Made by a program: the position numbers and the translations under genes. Positions 25,274 through 27,009 of a DNA stretch of 27,009 nt are shown here, piece by piece. Position 1 is the first letter of the stretch. Each line of letters starts with the position of its first letter. The stretch comes from a virus (taxonomy: Duplodnaviria > Caudoviricetes): positions 1-27,009 of IMG/VR virus record IMGVR_UViG_3300025889_000795. One strand, given 5' to 3'. The notes below the pieces were generated by a model. It made no database searches. It was not told the origin of the DNA and saw only the letters and a program-made list of their open reading frames with translations.

Positions 25274-25526
25274 GCCGTGGGTATCTGAAATTGCAGTTCT
25301 TAGCGAGGCGCAAATCAACCAGGGGCTTGAGCGATGCAAAAAAACAGCCCGCAAGTTTCCGCCAAACCTGGGAGAGTTTCTTGAGCTTTGCCGACCAGCT
25401 AAACGCGAAAACGAAGCGATGTATCGAATCTCAGAAAGCCATCAAATCACCAAGCAGCTCAGCGAAGAAGAAAAGCGCAAGGGTAGCGCATGGGCAAAGA
25501 GCATGAAGGCGGCATTGGGTGCTTAA
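25098..25526 (+). CDS. Replication protein P-like (helicase loader-like)
   Basis: Follows O; W...IA.LSE.QI..GL..C....KFPPNLGEFLELC resembles lambda P-family motif. Confidence 0.65.
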   Translation: MKSINQVLDKTNLQNPRVSSEQRQALPNGSKNKVAVFWMTMSRMFPGVWLSTCGAKPCEPWVSEIAVLSEAQINQGLERCKKTARKFPPNLGEFLELCRPAKRENEAMYRISESHQITKQLSEEEKRKGSAWAKSMKAALGA

Positions 25527-25701
25527 TTTCGTGAAGAAAAGCAAATACCACCAAACCGCTGGCAGTTACAGCCTTGCGGGCTATCGCGTGAAAGGCGGTT
25601 TTAGATTCTTGCTTTGGCAAAACAAAAAGATTCTAGGCGCATTCGATACCGCAGGCGAAGCGCAGCAGTACGCAAACGAATTAGAGAGGGAGGCGGCGTA
25701 A
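25519..25701 (+). CDS. Hypothetical protein
   Basis: Overlaps both neighbours; LGAFDTAGEA motif; ends EAA. Confidence 0.65.
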   Translation: MLNFVKKSKYHQTAGSYSLAGYRVKGGFRFLLWQNKKILGAFDTAGEAQQYANELEREAA

Positions 25702-26144
25702 TGGATATCTGCTTAATCAAGCAATTCAATAACGCGCTATATCCCGCAACTCCTGCGGACGTTGAAAAACTTGCCAAAGTTAAATCAGGCGAGGGGATTA
25801 TTTGCAGCTACAAAAAGCCAAGAAACTTTGAGTTCCACAAAAAATATTTTGCGCTGCTCAATTACGCCTTCGATATCTGGGAGCCACCAGAGGAAGCGCC
25901 AGCTAAGAACTTCGACAGGTTCCGCGAAGAGGTCACGATGGCGGCAGGCCACTACAACGTAGTCCCTAGCATCAAAGGCGATACACGCTATATCGCTAAA
26001 AGCATTTCATTTGCGGCAATGGATGAGATCGAATTTCGAGACCTGTACGAAAAATCAGTTTCATTCTTGCTCAAGTACGTTTTAAAAAACTATACCCGCG
26101 AAGACCTGGACGCGGTGTTACTGAATCTGTCGGAGTTCGCATGA
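25701..26144 (+). CDS. DUF1367-like protein
   Basis: L.PATPAD, PRNFEFHKKYFALLN.AFD.WEP, FDRFR..VT..AGHY, AKSISFA.MDE.EF; ATG 25701 with SD GGAGG. Confidence 0.85.
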   Translation: MDICLIKQFNNALYPATPADVEKLAKVKSGEGIICSYKKPRNFEFHKKYFALLNYAFDIWEPPEEAPAKNFDRFREEVTMAAGHYNVVPSIKGDTRYIAKSISFAAMDEIEFRDLYEKSVSFLLKYVLKNYTREDLDAVLLNLSEFA

Positions 26145-26467
26145 CAGCACTAGCCAAACATTGCCAGATAGTTCTAGCACAAGCACAAAAAAAGCACTAC
26201 GTCATAACAGAGCACACCGAATGGACGAAAGAGCTAGACAGTGAAGCTTCTAGACTTTCCCAAGAAGGCCACCCAGGAAAAGAAGTTGCAAAGCGTCTTG
26301 GTGTTACGTTTCAGGCTCTACAGCAAAGAAGAAAGTATCTAGAAGCGACAAAAGACAAGCGCCGCCAAATGGTGGAAATGTGGAATCAAGTCAAGTCATT
26401 TAGCGCGGTGGGTAGAGCATTAGGCGTTCACAAAAACACGGTTAAAAAAGCCGTAGAGCTGGCATGA
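26141..26467 (+). CDS. HTH DNA-binding protein (two HTH-like segments)
   Basis: KEVAKRLGVTFQAL and SAVGRALGVHKNTVKK. Confidence 0.7.
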   Translation: MTALAKHCQIVLAQAQKKHYVITEHTEWTKELDSEASRLSQEGHPGKEVAKRLGVTFQALQQRRKYLEATKDKRRQMVEMWNQVKSFSAVGRALGVHKNTVKKAVELA

Positions 26468-26718
26468 AATACAAAGCCCATGCGGACAGAGTGGCGCAGT
26501 TACCGTGCGCAACCTGTGGAGCACACGGTGTTGTCTTGCATCATCCAAGGATCGGCCAGGGCATGGGTCAGCGGGCGCATGACATGCTGGTTATCCCTCT
26601 TTGCCCTGATTGCCATACAGGACCAGCCGGTGTGCATGGCGATAAATCTATGATGAACCTAACCAAGCAAACAGAGTTGCAGATTTTAGGCGACACATTA
26701 GCGAGGTTATACGCATGA
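26464..26718 (+). CDS. DUF968/Ref-like HNH-fold zinc-binding protein
   Basis: LPCATCG...HH.R.GQGMG.RAHD..VIPLCPDCH. Confidence 0.8.
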   Translation: MKYKAHADRVAQLPCATCGAHGVVLHHPRIGQGMGQRAHDMLVIPLCPDCHTGPAGVHGDKSMMNLTKQTELQILGDTLARLYA

Positions 26719-26864
26719 CCGAACTACACCAACAGCAAATGCCAGATCCTGAGCCAGGCTGGGAAAAGTTATGTCGAGAGTGCGAGGGGATTATGTCGGT
26801 AAAGGATAGGCACGCAAGATGCCAGAAGTGCCGAAAGGCCGGAGGCTACAAAAGGTATGCGTAA
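26715..26864 (+). CDS. 49-aa CxxC-CxxC zinc-ribbon protein; not in ORF track
   Basis: Manual translation (CREC...CQKC); SD GAGG; ATGA overlap. Confidence 0.65.
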   Translation: MTELHQQQMPDPEPGWEKLCRECEGIMSVKDRHARCQKCRKAGGYKRYA

Positions 26865-27009
26865 GGAAACCATAGGGAATGCGACTTTATACCTCGGCGA
26901 TTGCTTAGAGATATTGCCGACACTTGAGCCTGTTGATGCGGTGGTTACCGATCCGCCTTATGGTGTTAAGCGCGATAAAGGCTTTGGGGGCTTTGGGAGG
27001 CCAATTGCA
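26857..27009 (+). CDS. Beta-class N6-A/N4-C DNA methyltransferase, truncated by the window end
   Basis: [36 protein letters not shown]: N-terminal GDC and catalytic DPPY. Confidence 0.9.
   Translation, partial: MRKETIGNATLYLGDCLEILPTLEPVDAVVTDPPYGVKRDKGFGGFGRPIA

Noticed and set aside
1-27009. CRISPR array, DGR, integrase, IS element, rRNA/tRNA genes
   Set aside because: No regularly spaced repeats, RT, recombinase, transposase or RNA-gene signatures seen by eye

Overview
Most of a lambdoid/HK97-type siphovirus genome (tailed dsDNA phage; proteobacterial host inferred). + strand 32-17921 is a continuous morphogenesis operon: terminase small and large subunits, HK97-type portal, ClpP-like protease, HK97-fold capsid, head-tail connectors, tail tube, tail chaperones with a -1 frameshift, tape measure, and a GTA-like tail tip (DUF2460, DUF2163, NlpC/P60, J-like protein). 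- strand 24047-17924 is an early-left arm with an Erf recombinase, a short SSB, an HNH nuclease and many small ORFs. 24120-24267 holds two divergent promoters with four operator-like palindromes and a leaderless cro, with no cI between them. + strand 24268-27009 is an early-right arm: replication O/P-like genes, nin-region-like genes and a truncated DNA methyltransferase. The most unusual part is 20455-22282, a nested insertion bounded by a perfect 14-bp direct repeat. Inside it, a zinc-finger gene appears split by about 1.45 kb carrying an HNH gene, a self-promoted small-protein + HTH cassette and a ~280-nt structured non-coding region with a candidate antisense sRNA. A shared terminator+hairpin leader precedes both the capsid and tail-tube genes. 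No integrase, cI or lysis genes were recognised in the window. All family calls come from motif recognition and gene order, not database searches.
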